A DNA stretch of 63,778 nt, filler included, from Chiloscyllium plagiosum (taxonomy: Eukaryota): assembly GCF_004010195.1 (NCBI RefSeq). It is 4 parts of one record of this genome, joined end to end, with 100 filler letters (N's around TTAATTAATTAA, not from the genome) between each part and the next. Parts side by side here need not be neighbours in the genome. Positions count along the whole stretch, not along the records: positions 1 to 27,318 come from NC_057713.1; 3 more parts are not named here. One strand, 5' to 3'. Within the stretch, counting starts at the first letter, position 1. Every line of letters begins with the position of its first letter. Made by a program: the position numbers and the translations under genes. The notes under the pieces were generated by a model. The model was not told the DNA's origin. It made no database searches and worked only from the letters and a program-made list of their open reading frames with translations. Of this stretch, positions 1 to 12,849 are shown piece after piece.

Positions 1-849
1 TCTGCTTTGTTATGAATGCTACGAGCATTCAGGTAAAGTGCCTTAATGTTAACTTTCTTATCATTAGAGATATTGGAAGTCATAAGATGTCCTAAGTTAT
101 CCTTCCTTTTTGCTACATTCCCAGTCTGTCTCAAGTTTAAATCTGCCTGCACATATGCTATCCTGCCGCTTATCTTTCCATTTAACTCCATACGCCCTGT
201 CGCTTTCACTTTCCCTTCCCCCCAGCTCAGAAGTTTAAAGTCCTACTGACCATCCTATTTATCCTCTTGAATACAATGGATATAGCATTAATCATAACAA
301 CCTACATCATGATCAATCATATGTGGATACAAATTGCATCTTTTAAGTCTTTGCACTGTATATGTTACTTATGTAATGTGCATTATCTAATTATTTCCTG
401 GGAATTGCCTGAACATGCAATATGGTGGACCTACCTAACTCTTTCTTAATAGCGTTACCTTGCATTATAGGGCAGAACTGCTGTCATTATATAGTATGAA
501 AAGACATTCAAGAATTGCATCATGCTCAGTCAACCCCTTGTACAGCCAGAGCACTTTGGTAGTCTCCGCTTCCTATTTTGCCAATGAGTTGACTAGTTCC
601 AAACTGTTACCATCTTCTAAGTTTAACTCAAGAATCATTTTATGGACTGCCAGTAGATTACGACAATGAGATGCTTGCAGAAGTGTAGGAGGTCACCCAT
701 CCAGTCCAGGCATAGGAAACACATCTCAAGAAGCCCAATTGCTTAGTAAATGGTGATCCTGGTAAGCAGGTGGCTTTGGTTATATGGTCTGTGTATGGGG
801 CTTTTGAAGTGGTGAATGACAGAGAAACATATAAAATGTGAACAAGAGT

Positions 850-2620
850 AGAAACTTCAGCTCATCAAAGCTGCTCTCCCATTCAGTATTATTCTGGTTA
901 ATCTTTTATCTTAATGACATACCTTTATCTTTAGCCTCTCCAAATGTTACTATTGTTTTCTTAAATATATTGAGTGGTTTGGCCTTCTCCACCTTACGTG
1001 GTAAAGAATTCCACAGGTTCATCACCTTATGTGGAGAAATTTCGCCTCATCTCAGTCCTGGTGATCTAACCAGAAACTTGAAACTGTGATCTTTGATTAT
1101 AGATACCGAAGACAGGGTAAATATTATCTCTGTATTTAATGTAATGGAATTTTATATGTTACAATCTGATTCCTTTTCATTCTTCTGAACTCCAGTGAAT
1201 AAAGGCCCAGTCAACCCAATCGCTGGTCATACAACAAACCTGCCATCTCAGAAATCAGTCTGGTGACCCTTCCTCCCTTCCCTCTATCACAGTGCATTCC
1301 TTCTTATATATTTTGTATAGTTTTGGTCTCCTTACCTAAGTGGGGTTGAAATAAAACTTTGTGCAGCTACATATGATTTCCTTGATCCTGTGCTCAAACT
1401 GTCTGGCAGTGAAAGCTAACATACAATTTGCCTTCCTAATTGTTTGCTGAACATGCATGCTTGTTTTCAATAACTTGTGTACAAGGATACTCAGGTCCAT
1501 TTGTACATCAATATTTTCCTATCTATCAACGTTTAAATAATACTGTCATTCTGTTTTTCCCTATCAAAGTGGATAATTTCACACGTGTTATTCATGTACT
1601 TATCCACTCACTCCATTCTTCTAAATTACCCTGAAGCTTCTTGACTTTCTCCCTCACTACACATGAATCTTCAGAGTTTTGTGTCATCAGCAAACTTTAA
1701 AACATTACATTTGACTCCCTCATCCACATTATTGACAGCATATCATAAATATTTGGGGTCTAAGAATTGATCCATGTGACAACCTAGTGGTCATTGCTCT
1801 TCACTCCAAAAAGAGTTATTTATGCCTGCTCAAGGTTTGTGTCTTTTAAGCAATTCCAAGTCCATGTATGCACATTATCACCAATTCCATTTGCTTACAT
1901 TTTACACTCTAACCTCTTATGTGGGACTTAATCAGATTCTTTCCGACAACGCAAATACACCATATCTATTCTACATGTTAACATGATTTCCCTTTCACAA
2001 CTCCAATGCTGGCTTTGTTGAATCCCACTGATATTTTCAAATGGTCTTGCTATCTTGTATATCCTTTAATATATATTCCAGTATTTTACCAACGACTGCT
2101 ATCCGGTTAGTTAGCCTGCATTTTCATGTTTTCATTCTCCCTTGCTTTTGGTTTTAAGTTCTGGGGCTACATTTGCCTTCAATCTGTTTGGACTGTTCCA
2201 GAACCTACACAATTTTGGACGATGACAACCAAAGTATTTACTATTTCTATGCACACGTTTTTCAATATCAGAGACACAGATTATCAGGTCCTGAGGAATT
2301 ATCATCTTCCAGTGCCAACTCTTTATAAAATTAGTATTAATTTCCTTTAAATCCTCCTTCTCAATGGACTCTTGCTTCCCTGACATTTCTGAGAAGTTGT
2401 TTGTGCCTTCTTCTGGGAGGACAGAACCAAAGTAGTCATTTAATTATACTGCCATTTCTTTGTTCTTCATTATCAATTATCCAACTTCAAATTGTAAGGC
2501 CCTAGTATTGGTCTTTTACCTTTTATCTGCTTATAGAAGCATTTTCAGTTGGTTTTTATGATCCATGTAAGTTATTCTAATTCAATTTGTCTCACTGAAT
2601 CAATTTTTTTGTTCAGTAAA
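850..2620 (-). mobile_element. Decayed CR1 LINE ORF2/3' region
   Basis: Reverse-strand RT remnants (KFADD-like at ~1685, DKVPH-like at ~1925) and CR1 3' tail features; many stops and deletions. Confidence 0.75.
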
Positions 2621-3161
2621 GACTTTTTAAAAAAAATTCTGTATTTTTGATTGGGAATTTAAATGGGAGAAGGACGGTTAAAAAAAAACACAAGGATTGT
2701 GGAAGTGTTTGTTATATTGTTTAAAAAGCAAGATACCCACAATTATTTTAAGTGTGGATTACAACCATTGCTTACTAATGGTGGAAGGCTACTACATATG
2801 AGCTTAAGCTAGGGAATTTGAATTGATTTGATTTATTATTGTCACATGTATTTAGATAGAGTGAAAGGTTTTGTTTTACAGGCAGATTTACCATACATAG
2901 TGCTTTAGGATATTACAACAGAATGAAAAGTAAAATGTTATGGCTGCACATAAGTTGCATAAAGAACAAGATCAACATTTGAGAGGTCCATGCGGAAGTC
3001 TAATTACGTTGGAGAAGAAACTGTTGTTGAATCTGTTGATATGCGTGTCTCAGGTTTTGCATCTTATACCTGACAGAAGAGGTTGGAAGAGATTATCACC
3101 GGAAGGACAGTGATTTTTGATTACGTTGGCTGCCCCCCATAGGTAGAGAGAAATATAGATT

Positions 3162-3730
3162 AGGGTGGTACATTGCTCAGTGGTTAGCACTGCTGCCTCA
3201 CAGCTTCAGGGATGAGGGTTCGACTCCAGCCTCGGATGAATGTCTTTGTGGAGTTTTTACATTCTCCCTGTGTCTGTGTGGGTTTCCTCCAGGTGCTCCA
3301 GTTTCCACCCATTGTCCAAAGATTAAAAAAAGTTATAAGTCACACAACACCAGCTTATAGTCCAACTGGTTTATTTGGAAGCGCAAGCTTTCAGAGCACT
3401 GCTCCTTCGTCAGGTAGCTACGCTTTGAAAGCTTGTACTTCCAAAAAAACTGATTGGACTGTAACCTGGAGTTGTGTGATTTTTAACTTTGTCCACCCCA
3501 GTCTAACACCAACATCTCCATTTCATGTCCAAAGATGAGCAGGTTAGGTTGATTGGCTGTGCTAAATTGCCCATAGTGTCCAAAGAAGTGCAGACTAGGT
3601 GGATTAACCATGGGAATCCCAGGGTTACGGGGACTGTAGTGGAGGGGTGTGGGTGGGATGTTCTTTGGAGGATTGGTGTGGAATTCATGGGCCCAATAGC
3701 TTGCTTCTGCACTGTAGCAATTCCATGATT
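3162..3730 (+). mobile_element. HE1-like tRNA-derived V-SINE, interrupted by a PLE mini-element
   Basis: A box ttgctcagtggttagc, B box ggttcgactcc, V-domain gtgggtttcctccaggtgctccagtttcc. Confidence 0.85.
3324..3525. mobile_element. Short Penelope-derived element with ~70-bp inverted arms and a hammerhead motif
   Basis: 11-bp TSD tgtccaaagat (3313-3323 / 3526-3536). Arms cacacaacaccagcttatagtccaa... / ...ttggactgtaacctggagttgtgtg. Minus-strand CTGACGA-AGGAGC-AGT-GCTCT-GAAAGCTT at 3413-3385. Confidence 0.8.
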
Positions 3731-3804
3731 TTTTGATCTATCAAGAGATCGAGTCTATGGATGGAAGGTTGGCTTGCGTAACAGACTGGGATGTGTTCAC
3801 AAGA

Positions 3805-4045
3805 TTAAATTAGATTAGATTTGAGTCCCTCCAGTGTGGAAACAGGCCCTTCAGCCCAACAAGTCCACAACGACCGTCCGAAGAGCAACCCACCCAGACC
3901 CATTCCCCTACATTCACCTAACACTACGGGCAATTTAGCATGGCTAATTCACCTAAGCTGCACGGCTTTGGACTATGGGAGGAAACCGGAGCACCTGGAG
4001 GAAACCCACGCAGACACGGGGAGAATGTGCAAACTCCACACAGAC
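3805..4045 (-). mobile_element. 5'-truncated HE1-like V-SINE
   Basis: Reverse complement of the V-domain (ggaaaccggagcacctggaggaaacccacgcagacacgggg) with an (aatct)n tail. Confidence 0.85.
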
Positions 4046-4799
4046 AATTCTTGATAATTTCTTATGGTCCTGGGAACAGTAGTTGCCATACCAAGACATT
4101 ACGCATCCAGATAGAATGCATTCTATAGCACATCTATAAAATTTTGGAAGAATCTTTACAGTCATGTTGAATTTCCTTAGCCTCCTGAGAAAGAGACATT
4201 GTTATGCTTTCTTGACAGTAATGTCAATGTGGGTGGACCAGAACAGATTGTTAATCATCACTTCTCGGAACTTGATGCTCTTGGCCATCTCCACCTCAGC
4301 ACCACTGATGCATACAGGGGCATGCCCTCCACATTGTTTCCTGATGTCAATGACCAGCTCTTTTATTTTGCTGATGTTATTTTACACCATGCCACCAAGT
4401 ACTGTCTCTCTTTCCTATCTCATTGTTTGATATCTGGCCTACAAAAGTCATGTCATTAGCGAACTTGTGGGATGAAATTTGGACATGCAGTCATAAGTGT
4501 ATAGGAAGTATAGTAAGGGGCTGACTATGCAGCCTTGTGGGGTGCTGGTGTTCATGATTATCATGGAAAAGGTGTTGTGTACTAAGGGAGATTAGGCTAG
4601 CAACAAATTGCTGGCTGGTTTGTGGAGTGATGACCAGTTGTTGATCACAAAGGCTTTCTGTCTGCCAACAACTATGGTGCCTAAGTAGCTGAACAGTTTG
4701 TGGGTGTGAACAATTATTCTCGCAGGCTTCAGATCTCCAGAAAATGAAGTGCTGTCTTTCATTGTCTTGCACCTTTTCCAGGAATTCATCCACTATCAT

Positions 4800-5880
4800 A
4801 TTATTACTAAACGCAATATGACCAGTCTATTTGCTATTACATGCATCTCTTACATTCTGATTATTGCCATTCCCTATCTCACTATTGTACGAGAGCCGAA
4901 ACAGAACACCCCATAAAGTTTACCTTGTTGCTACCCAGCTCCACATGGCTGATTCTACTTCTAAATTTTCTGAGCCAATATCTATTCTTAGCATAGTAAA
5001 GATGATATTCTTTAACAATCCTATTCCCTTGCCTATTTCCCTCCCTTTTCTTTTTGCCTGTCCTTCAAAATACTGAATCTATTTTATATTCAGTTCTCAG
5101 TCCATGTCAACCTGCAGCCAGATCTCTGCAATTGCAACCTTATTTTGTGTGCTGTTAATTTGCCTGTTTATTATTACTATTCACTGTATTCAGATTGGTA
5201 CCTTCAGGTTGATCTTTTTAACATTTTTACACATTTTGTTGTATAATGACACTATTTGCTGCTAGACCTTGTTTCCTCTGCCTTCTAATTTTTCTTTCTA
5301 TTTTTCTATCATTCATTTCTTAGCTTTTTCATTTTCTTGTATCTCTCCACTCAGAATTCCATTTTCTGCCATTCTAATTTAAACTATCCCTGATAAAACG
5401 AGAAAATTCCCAAGCAACGATATAGGTTCTTATCCCAATGGGGTACAACGTATCCAGATTGTTCAGATCCTAACTTATTTAGAATCATTCCCAATATCTC
5501 AAAGTCTAAGGCCCTGCCTCCAACACCATCCCTCCAGACATGCATTCGTCAAATCTATTCCTGATCCCATGAGCACCTGGCACTGGGAGTAATCCTAAGA
5601 TTACTACTTTCAGGGTCTTGCTTTTTAATTTATTTCCTAAGCTTCTTATATTCTGCTTACAGATCTCATAAGTCTTTTTTTTAATCCATGTCATGGATAT
5701 TAACATGAACCACAACTTTTAGTTGTTCACCTGCCCCATAGAGATGTTCTGCAATTGCTTCATGAGATCCTTGATGCTTGCACGAGGGGAAGGCCACATA
5801 CCATCTTGGTTTTACATCTGTGAGTAACAATACATCTATCTGCACTTTTTACAATTAATTCCCTATCACTACTCCCCTTC
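4800..5880 (-). mobile_element. Decayed CR1 5' region (ORF1 SGNH-esterase-like and endonuclease start)
   Basis: Minus frame KVVILGLLPVPGA resembles CR1 ORF1; probably the continuation of the 850-2620 element. Confidence 0.65.
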
Positions 5881-6699
5881 CATTCACTACTCTCCCCAGC
5901 CAGCCTGACCCTGAGAAACAAGGCCAAGTAGTTTTCTACTGTACAGTCCTTAAAGTTGGTCTATAGTTTAGGGTAAGTAGTGTTTAAGGGAGAAGGTAAG
6001 GTAAAGTATATGATATGTATTTAATATTCTTTAAACTGGAGGTAGTAAATGTCAAGGGAGTAATTTAACAGTAAGTTATGCAGAGTAACTTGGCCAGGGA
6101 ATGTTCCTGTGTGATGCAATAAGTCAGGGACACTTCCAGTGTCCAGGCTGACAATGTCTGCAAGAAGTGCCTTTCGCTGCTGCAAGTTGGTGCTCTCAAT
6201 GCATATAAAAGCTGTGCAGCAGAAAGGGAATGTGTGACCTACACAAAATGTTAAAGATACATAGTACATGACTCTGCTGAGTCCACCTTCCCCTCCAATA
6301 GAGTTTTCTTTTTGGATACTAAGAAGGGAAAAGTTTTCTCAGGAGAATTTTCATGAAAGCCTCTTTTTGAATATAGGTGTCTGTCATAAGTTTGGTCCTG
6401 TATAAGTGTTGAAGACAAGCAATCTCTCTTGAACCGATGTTTTTGTGTTGCATGATACACCCACAGACTTTAAGGACTGGAAAAAAACGCTTTAGCAGCC
6501 TGGAATGGCAGACACTGAAGAATAATGCCAATTGTCAAAAAGCAAGTATAAACATGCAAGGGGTCATTGTTATGGTTACAAAGTAGTAAAGCCCTTCTTG
6601 TTAATTATCTGATTGTACGAACATCGTTGACACTCAATGACATTGACAGCATAGAGGCCATTTTAGCTAGATATTACAGTGCAGTAATATCTGCAGTGG

Positions 6700-8100
6700 T
6701 CAAAAAATATCTGACTATACTTATCCCATTTTCCAGCCTTTGGCCCATTTACCTGGAGACTATGGCAATGCAAGTGAATATCTAAATACTGCTTAAATGT
6801 TATGAGAGTTTCTGACTCAATGGCCTTTTCAGGTAGTGAGCTCTACACTTCCATCACCCTCTGAGTGAAAAAAAATTATCTTGAAGTCTTCGCCTTCTAC
6901 TTCTTAGCATTATGTTCCATCTGCCATTGCTCTGTCTACCTGAGAAGTTTGTGGATTTCATCTTGCATCTTCCAGCTGTTCTTCCCATGATTTATAATCT
7001 GATCAATCTTTGTGCAAACTTCTTAATCATATCACCAATTAACACCATACTTAACACCACAGATAGCCACTTCCCCAAGCACTGAACACTGTGGAACCCC
7101 AATGGAAGGAGAATTTGAATTGCAGCAACATGTTTACACCATCACCCTCTGCTTCCTGCCACTCAGCTAATTTTACATCCAAAGTACCACACTTCCTTGA
7201 ATTTTATGGTGATCTAATTTCTTAACTAATGTGACACACATGACCTTATAATAAGCTTTGCTAAAGCTGATGTACACCATATCAAATAGATCATCAACAC
7301 TCATGGTTTTCTCCTCAAAATAATCAATAAAATTTGTGGAATGTTGCCTTCCCTTAAAAAGTGCAAGCAGATGTATTCTGCCCTCAGAATTCCTTCTAAT
7401 CACTTTCCTATGACTGGCCTATAATTTTCTGATCATTCCTTCCTCAGTTTATAATAATGATAATGTTGATAGTCCACCATCCTCTGACACCTCACCTGTA
7501 GCCAAACAGGGTTTAAAAATTACTGCCAGATCTTCCCATATCTTCACTTTGTTTCCCCTCAACATCGTGAGATATATTTCATCTGGCCTGTGGATCTATT
7601 CATTTTTAAGACGGCTAAACTGACTAATACCTGCTCTCTCGGGTTTGATTTCTTTTAATACATATTTTATCTTCGTAAAATTAGTCTTTCCCCAGCTTAG
7701 AGCTTTTACTCCCAGCCCATATTTATTCTTTTCAATAATCACCCTTAATCTAGTTAAATTCTCATTACTATCTCCAAAATGATCTGCGATTGACATACCT
7801 TCTGCTTGGCTAGGCTAATTTCCAAAATTAGGACAAGTACTGCCCACTCCCATGTTGGGCTTTCTACACAGCAGCTAAAAAAAAGCCTCCTGAATGCAAT
7901 TTTAAAAATTAATTTCCTTCATACCTTGCACACTAAAACTATTTCAGATCATATTTGGGTTGTTAAAACCCCTAAATTACTGCCTTTTTACTTTTACACT
8001 TTGGAAATGTGACATAAGCAATCCTCTACCTCTCCCTCAATGTTTGGGATCTTTTGTACACACACAGCATATTTGCCTCTTTTAAGCTTTTTTATTTCTA
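6700..8100 (-). mobile_element. Decayed CR1 LINE
   Basis: Minus frame TNFIDYFEE...DMVYISFSKAYYKV...KIQGSVVLW is a degenerate CR1 RT. Confidence 0.7.
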
Positions 8101-9090
8101 CAGCTGAATAAAGGCAATGACAGATGCTTGAGGGAGGAGCTGGGTACAATTGGCTGGGAGAGGACCTAGCAGGAAAGACAGTGGAATAGCAATGGCAGGG
8201 GTTTCTGGGAGTAATTCAGGAGACACAGCAGAGATTCATGTGGAAAAAGAAGCATAGCACAGGGACGATGAGGCAACCACAACTGACTAAGGAAGTCAGG
8301 GATAGCAGAAAAGCAAAAGAGAAAGCATATATAATGTGGCAAAGAGCAGTGAGAAACCAAGCATTGGGAAGCTTACAAAGACCAACAGAGTACAACAAAA
8401 TAAATAAGGAGGGAGATGATTAAATAGGAGGGGAAGCTAACCAGTAATATAAAGGAAGACAGTAAGAGTTTATTTCGAAATATAAAGGTTAAAAGAGAGG
8501 CAAAATTGGACATTAGGCCACTGGCCACACTGGACACATAGTAGTGGAGAATAAGGAAATGGCTGAAGAACTGAATAATTACTTTGCGTCAATCTTCATG
8601 GTGGAAGCGTGTTCAGAAGGGGTTCCCGAGAATGGGTCCCAGGAATGAAAAGCTTAACATTTGAGGACTCTGGGTCTATACTCGATGGAATTTAGAAGGA
8701 TGAGGGGGAATCTAATTGAAACATACAGAATACTGAATGGCCTGGACAGAATAGATGTTGAGAAAATGTTTCATTGGTAGAGGAGACTGGCACCCAAAGG
8801 CACAGCCTTAGAGTAGAGGGAAGATCTTTCAGAACAGAGATAAGGAGAAACTTCTTCAGCCAGACAGTGGTGAATCTAGGGAATTCATTGCCACAGAAGG
8901 CTGTGGACGCCAGGTCATTGAGCATATTTAAGACTGAGATAGATAGGTTCTTGAGTATTAAGGGAATCAAGGGTTATGGGGAGAAAGCAGGAGAATGGGG
9001 TTGAGAAACTTATCAGCGATGATTGAATGGCGGAGCAGATTTGATGGGTTGAATGACCTAATTTTGGCTCCTATGTCTTATGGTCTTAAG
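8100..9090 (+). mobile_element. CR1 LINE fragment with internal deletion and 3' end
   Basis: HSLRVEGRSFRTEIRRNFFSQTVVNLGNSLPQKAVDARSLSIFKTEIDRFL is the CR1 ORF2 C-terminus; tail tcttatggtctta. Confidence 0.85.
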
Positions 9091-10129
9091 ACTTCATTCG
9101 ATTATCCTTCCAAGAAACCATTCTTCCTCGTTGCTATAATTGACTCCTTGATAAATATTAAAACCCGTCTCCTCTTCTCTTCCCCTCTCCATCTTGTCTA
9201 AAAACCCTGCACCCAGGAATATAGAGCTGCCAATCCATCTTTCAGCCACATCTCAGTCATAGCTTCAATATCATACTCCCAAGTGCCTATCTGTGCCCTC
9301 AACTTGTTTATCTTATTTCTTAGACTCTTTGCATTAAGGTATGCGTTCTTTAACCTCACAAAAAAATAAATTCTTTCTCATCTAGCCTCTGTTTTCTTTG
9401 CTTCATTCACATTTAACTTCTAGTTCAATCTCAGTTTCTCTCTCCTCTGAACCATTTGTCATAATCTGATAAATTACTCCCTCTTAAATCCTGATTTTCA
9501 ATTTCTTACCTAACTCTTTGAAGTCTGCTTATAGGACCTCGTTTCTCTTTCTTCTTATATTATTGGTCCCAACATGGACAATGATCATCAGCTGTTCATC
9601 ATTCTCCTTCATAATGCCCTCCAGCTGTTCCTTGATATCCTTTACCCTGACATCTGGAGGCAACGTACCACCCTGGAATTATGTCTATGGCCTCAAAAAT
9701 GTGTATCTTACCAACCGTCCATTAAGAAATTGGACCACCCACGATAGGTGTTTTGCTGTACTGAATCTGCTAGGACCCTATTTTACACTGTAATTTTACA
9801 TCCAGAAGAGAATAAGGAGCTTCATTCCATGTATCAGAAATACTCGATGCAAACCAAACTCCATAGGAAACCAAGACAACAAACCATTCTGGCAAAAATG
9901 AGTAAAAATACAAATGATTTGTTTTGCAATGTTCTCTAAGACCACCAAACAGGTTCCTGATTAGATAGTAACACAATAATTTAGAAAGTGGGAATTAAAG
10001 CTTATTAAAAAAAAAGAATGCTTTGGTTAGAGTCATTAAAAGAGACATAAAATAATTATAATTGATAAAGTTGTCAGCACTTGTTCTAGAAATCTTATCT
10101 GTCAGCTCACAAGGCAGCTTAATGAATGA

Positions 10130-11100
10130 GCACATGTGTAGTAGAATGAGTGGAAGAACTGGATAGAGTCATTCCTAGCATAAAAGAAGATGGCCGAGGT
10201 TGTTAGAGGTCAGTCACTTCAGCTCCAGAATACTTCTGGAGGGTTTCCCTCGGTCCAGCCATTTTCAGCTGATTCATCAATGACCTTCTGACCATCTAAT
10301 CAGCTGATTTATCAATGACCTTCTGACCACATAATCAGCTGATTCATCAATGACCTTCTGACCACCATGAGGTGAGAAGTCGGTATGTTCACTGATGATT
10401 GCACAAACTTCAGCACCATTTGTGACTCATCAGATATTGAAGCAATCAACGTCCGAATGCAGCAAGACCTAGACATATCCTGGTCTGGGTTGAAAAGTGA
10501 GAAATATCATTCATACCACACAAATACCAAGCAATGAACATCATCAACAACAATAATCTAACCCTTGCCCTTGACATTCAATAGCATTACCATCACTGAC
10601 GACCCCACTATAAACATCCTGGGGGCTTACCATTGACAAGAAACTGCACTGGATTGCAGTGCACTGGTCATTTAAATCAGTGGCTGTAACTGTTGATCAG
10701 AGGCTATCAATTCTGCTGCGTGTAACCTCCAAAATCCCCAGAGTCTGTCCACCATCTTTAAAGCACAAATAGGGAGTATGATGGAATACTCACTACTTAC
10801 CTGGATTAGCGCAGCTCCAATAATACTCAAGAAGCTTGACACCATCCAAGACAGAATAGCCAACTTGAACTGTATCTGATCTACCAACCTCACCACCAAT
10901 GCACTGGAGTAGTAGTGTGTACTATCTATAAGAAACGCAACTTACCAGAGTTTCTTGAACAGCAGATTCAAATCTCATAAATTCTATTGCCTAGAAGGGA
11001 GCAAATACACGGGGATACCACAACCTGCAAATTTCCCTCCATGACATTCACCATCCTGACTTGCTAATATATTGCCATTCCTTTAGTGTTGCTGTGAATT
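10130..11100 (+). mobile_element. CR1/L2-clade LINE RT fragment with internal 35-bp triplication
   Basis: FS.FINDL...EVGMFTDD motif; same family as 15060-16080 and 33640-34760. Confidence 0.7.
10265..10364. repeat. Tandem repeat, ~2.9 x 35 bp (tcagctgattcatcaatgaccttctgaccatctaa)
   Basis: Units start at 10265, 10300 and 10335. Confidence 0.9.
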
Positions 11101-11699
11101 CCAGAGAAGTTTGGAATATTATAATCACTATTCTGCTGACACTTCCTTTAAGATACTAGGATGTAGTCCATCAGGCCCTGGGGATTGTCTGCCTTCAGTC
11201 TCAATAATTTGTTGAACAGTTTTTCCCCAGTAATGATGATTGTTCCAAGTTCCTCCCTTTCTATAACCTCTGCATTACCTGTCATTAGTGGGATGATATT
11301 AATGTCCTCTACCATAAAAACTGAAGCTACATATGATTTTGTAACTCAACCATTTCTGAGTTGCCCACTATTAACATTCATCCTTCAAGATTCAAATTAG
11401 CTACTCTCTTTCCTTTTGCTGATAGAAGCTTTTGCTATATTTTTTATATTTTGCATTCTTTTCTTTCATGATTTACCTTTGTTATTTTCATTACTTTTTT
11501 ATAAATCCTTTATTAAGCTTTACAAGTTTCCCATCTTTCCAGTCTGTTACTCACTTTTGCAATATGGTACTCTTTCTGTTTATTTTTATGATATCTTTAA
11601 CTTCCTTGTTTAGCCATAAATGTGCAAGATCTTATCAAGACTGCAGTTGGAGTACTATAAATAATTTTCATCTGCTTGTTTAAGAAAACATTTAATAGT

Positions 11700-12200
11700 G
11701 TTAGTTCGGGATAGGTCACGTAACTGATTCCTGGTATAAACATTAGGTAAATGAGAAAACATTTAGTTGGAAGGGCTTATATCAATTAGAGTTTGGAAGA
11801 ATGAAAGGCAATCTTATTGAAATGCATTTGCTATGGAGATTTAACAGAGTTGATGATGAAAGCAGGTTTCCCCTTGTGGGGGAATCTAGAATTAGAGGAA
11901 GCATTTTAAAAATTAGGCATTTCACCATTATGATTGAGAGAAGGAGAAAAATTGTTTTGTTCTCAAGATCATGAATCTCCAGAATTTTCTTCCCCACAGA
12001 GTATTAGAGGCTGGATCATATTCGTGGCCAAATTGAGAAGTTGGATAGATTTTTGATCAACAAGGGAATCAAGGGTTATAGGGTAGGGGCTACAAGGAAA
12101 GTGTGGATGTGAGAGGTCAATTGGATCAGCCATGAAATAGTCGAATTGAACATCAGGGTCAAGGAGCTGAATGGCCCACTCCTGTTCCTAATTTTTGTTC
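11700..12200 (+). mobile_element. CR1 3' fragment
   Basis: fplvgESRIRG motif and ...gaatggcccactcctgttcctaattt tail. Confidence 0.7.
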
Positions 12201-12677
12201 TCACCTAACATTTCTGAGTATAGGAGGTATCTGAGTCTGCAAAAGGCAGATGTTGCTGATATTTTTGAAAATAATCACAAAAATGATTTAAAAACCTGCA
12301 GAATAGTTAGCTTTTGCCAATTCTGTGGAGGTTGGTTCATTGAATATACTCAAAGTTGAGTAAGATAAAGTTATCTTTAATAAATATATGATCATGTAGC
12401 AATTTGATTATACTTAAGTCATAAAGGTAACTAAAATGAATTGACAGAAGGGAGCTTTCTTCAAGTTAACCTACTGCTTACCTGTGAGAGTAACAATGTT
12501 AGGGGGAACCCACTGGAGTTGTTTATTTTGATCAGCTAAAACATTAGATGTGGTTTATCTGGAAATAAAATCTTGTGGTGAAAATAAAGGAAGTCAATAT
12601 CAATGAGAATGTTTTCTAATTCCAAATGTAATCAGGTCATCAACAGAACACAGATAATGTTGGCACAATTATTGCCA

Positions 12678-12772
12678 ACATTATCTGAAGAAGGGCTCAT
12701 GCCCGAAACGTCGATTCTCCTGCTCCTTGGATGCTGCCTGACCTGCTACGCTTTTCCAGTAACACATTTTCA
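12678..12772 (+). mobile_element. 95-bp PLE terminal insertion: hammerhead motif plus tail
   Basis: 13-bp TSD acaattattgcca (12665-12677 / 12773-12785). CTGAAGA-AGGGC-TCAT-GCCC-GAAACGTC at 12685-12712. Confidence 0.85.
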
Positions 12773-12849
12773 ACAATTATTGCCACAATCTAGATTCACA
12801 GATGTTTACTGCATTTAGTTGGTCAATAAAGATTTGATGATACATATTC

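Larger units (their letters stand above)
2820..4590 (-). mobile_element. Rex1/Babar-like LINE fragment interrupted by two SINEs
   Basis: Minus frame KFYRCAIECILSGCVMSWYGNYCSQDHKKLSRIV matches the Rex1-type RT C-terminal motif; 3' tail at ~2820-2870. Confidence 0.7.

Noticed and set aside
3162..3235. tRNA gene
   Set aside because: The A/B boxes belong to a SINE head followed by the V-domain; no complete cloverleaf.
10265..10364. Repeat with CRISPR-like unit length
   Set aside because: Head-to-tail units with no spacers, inside a LINE in a vertebrate intron.
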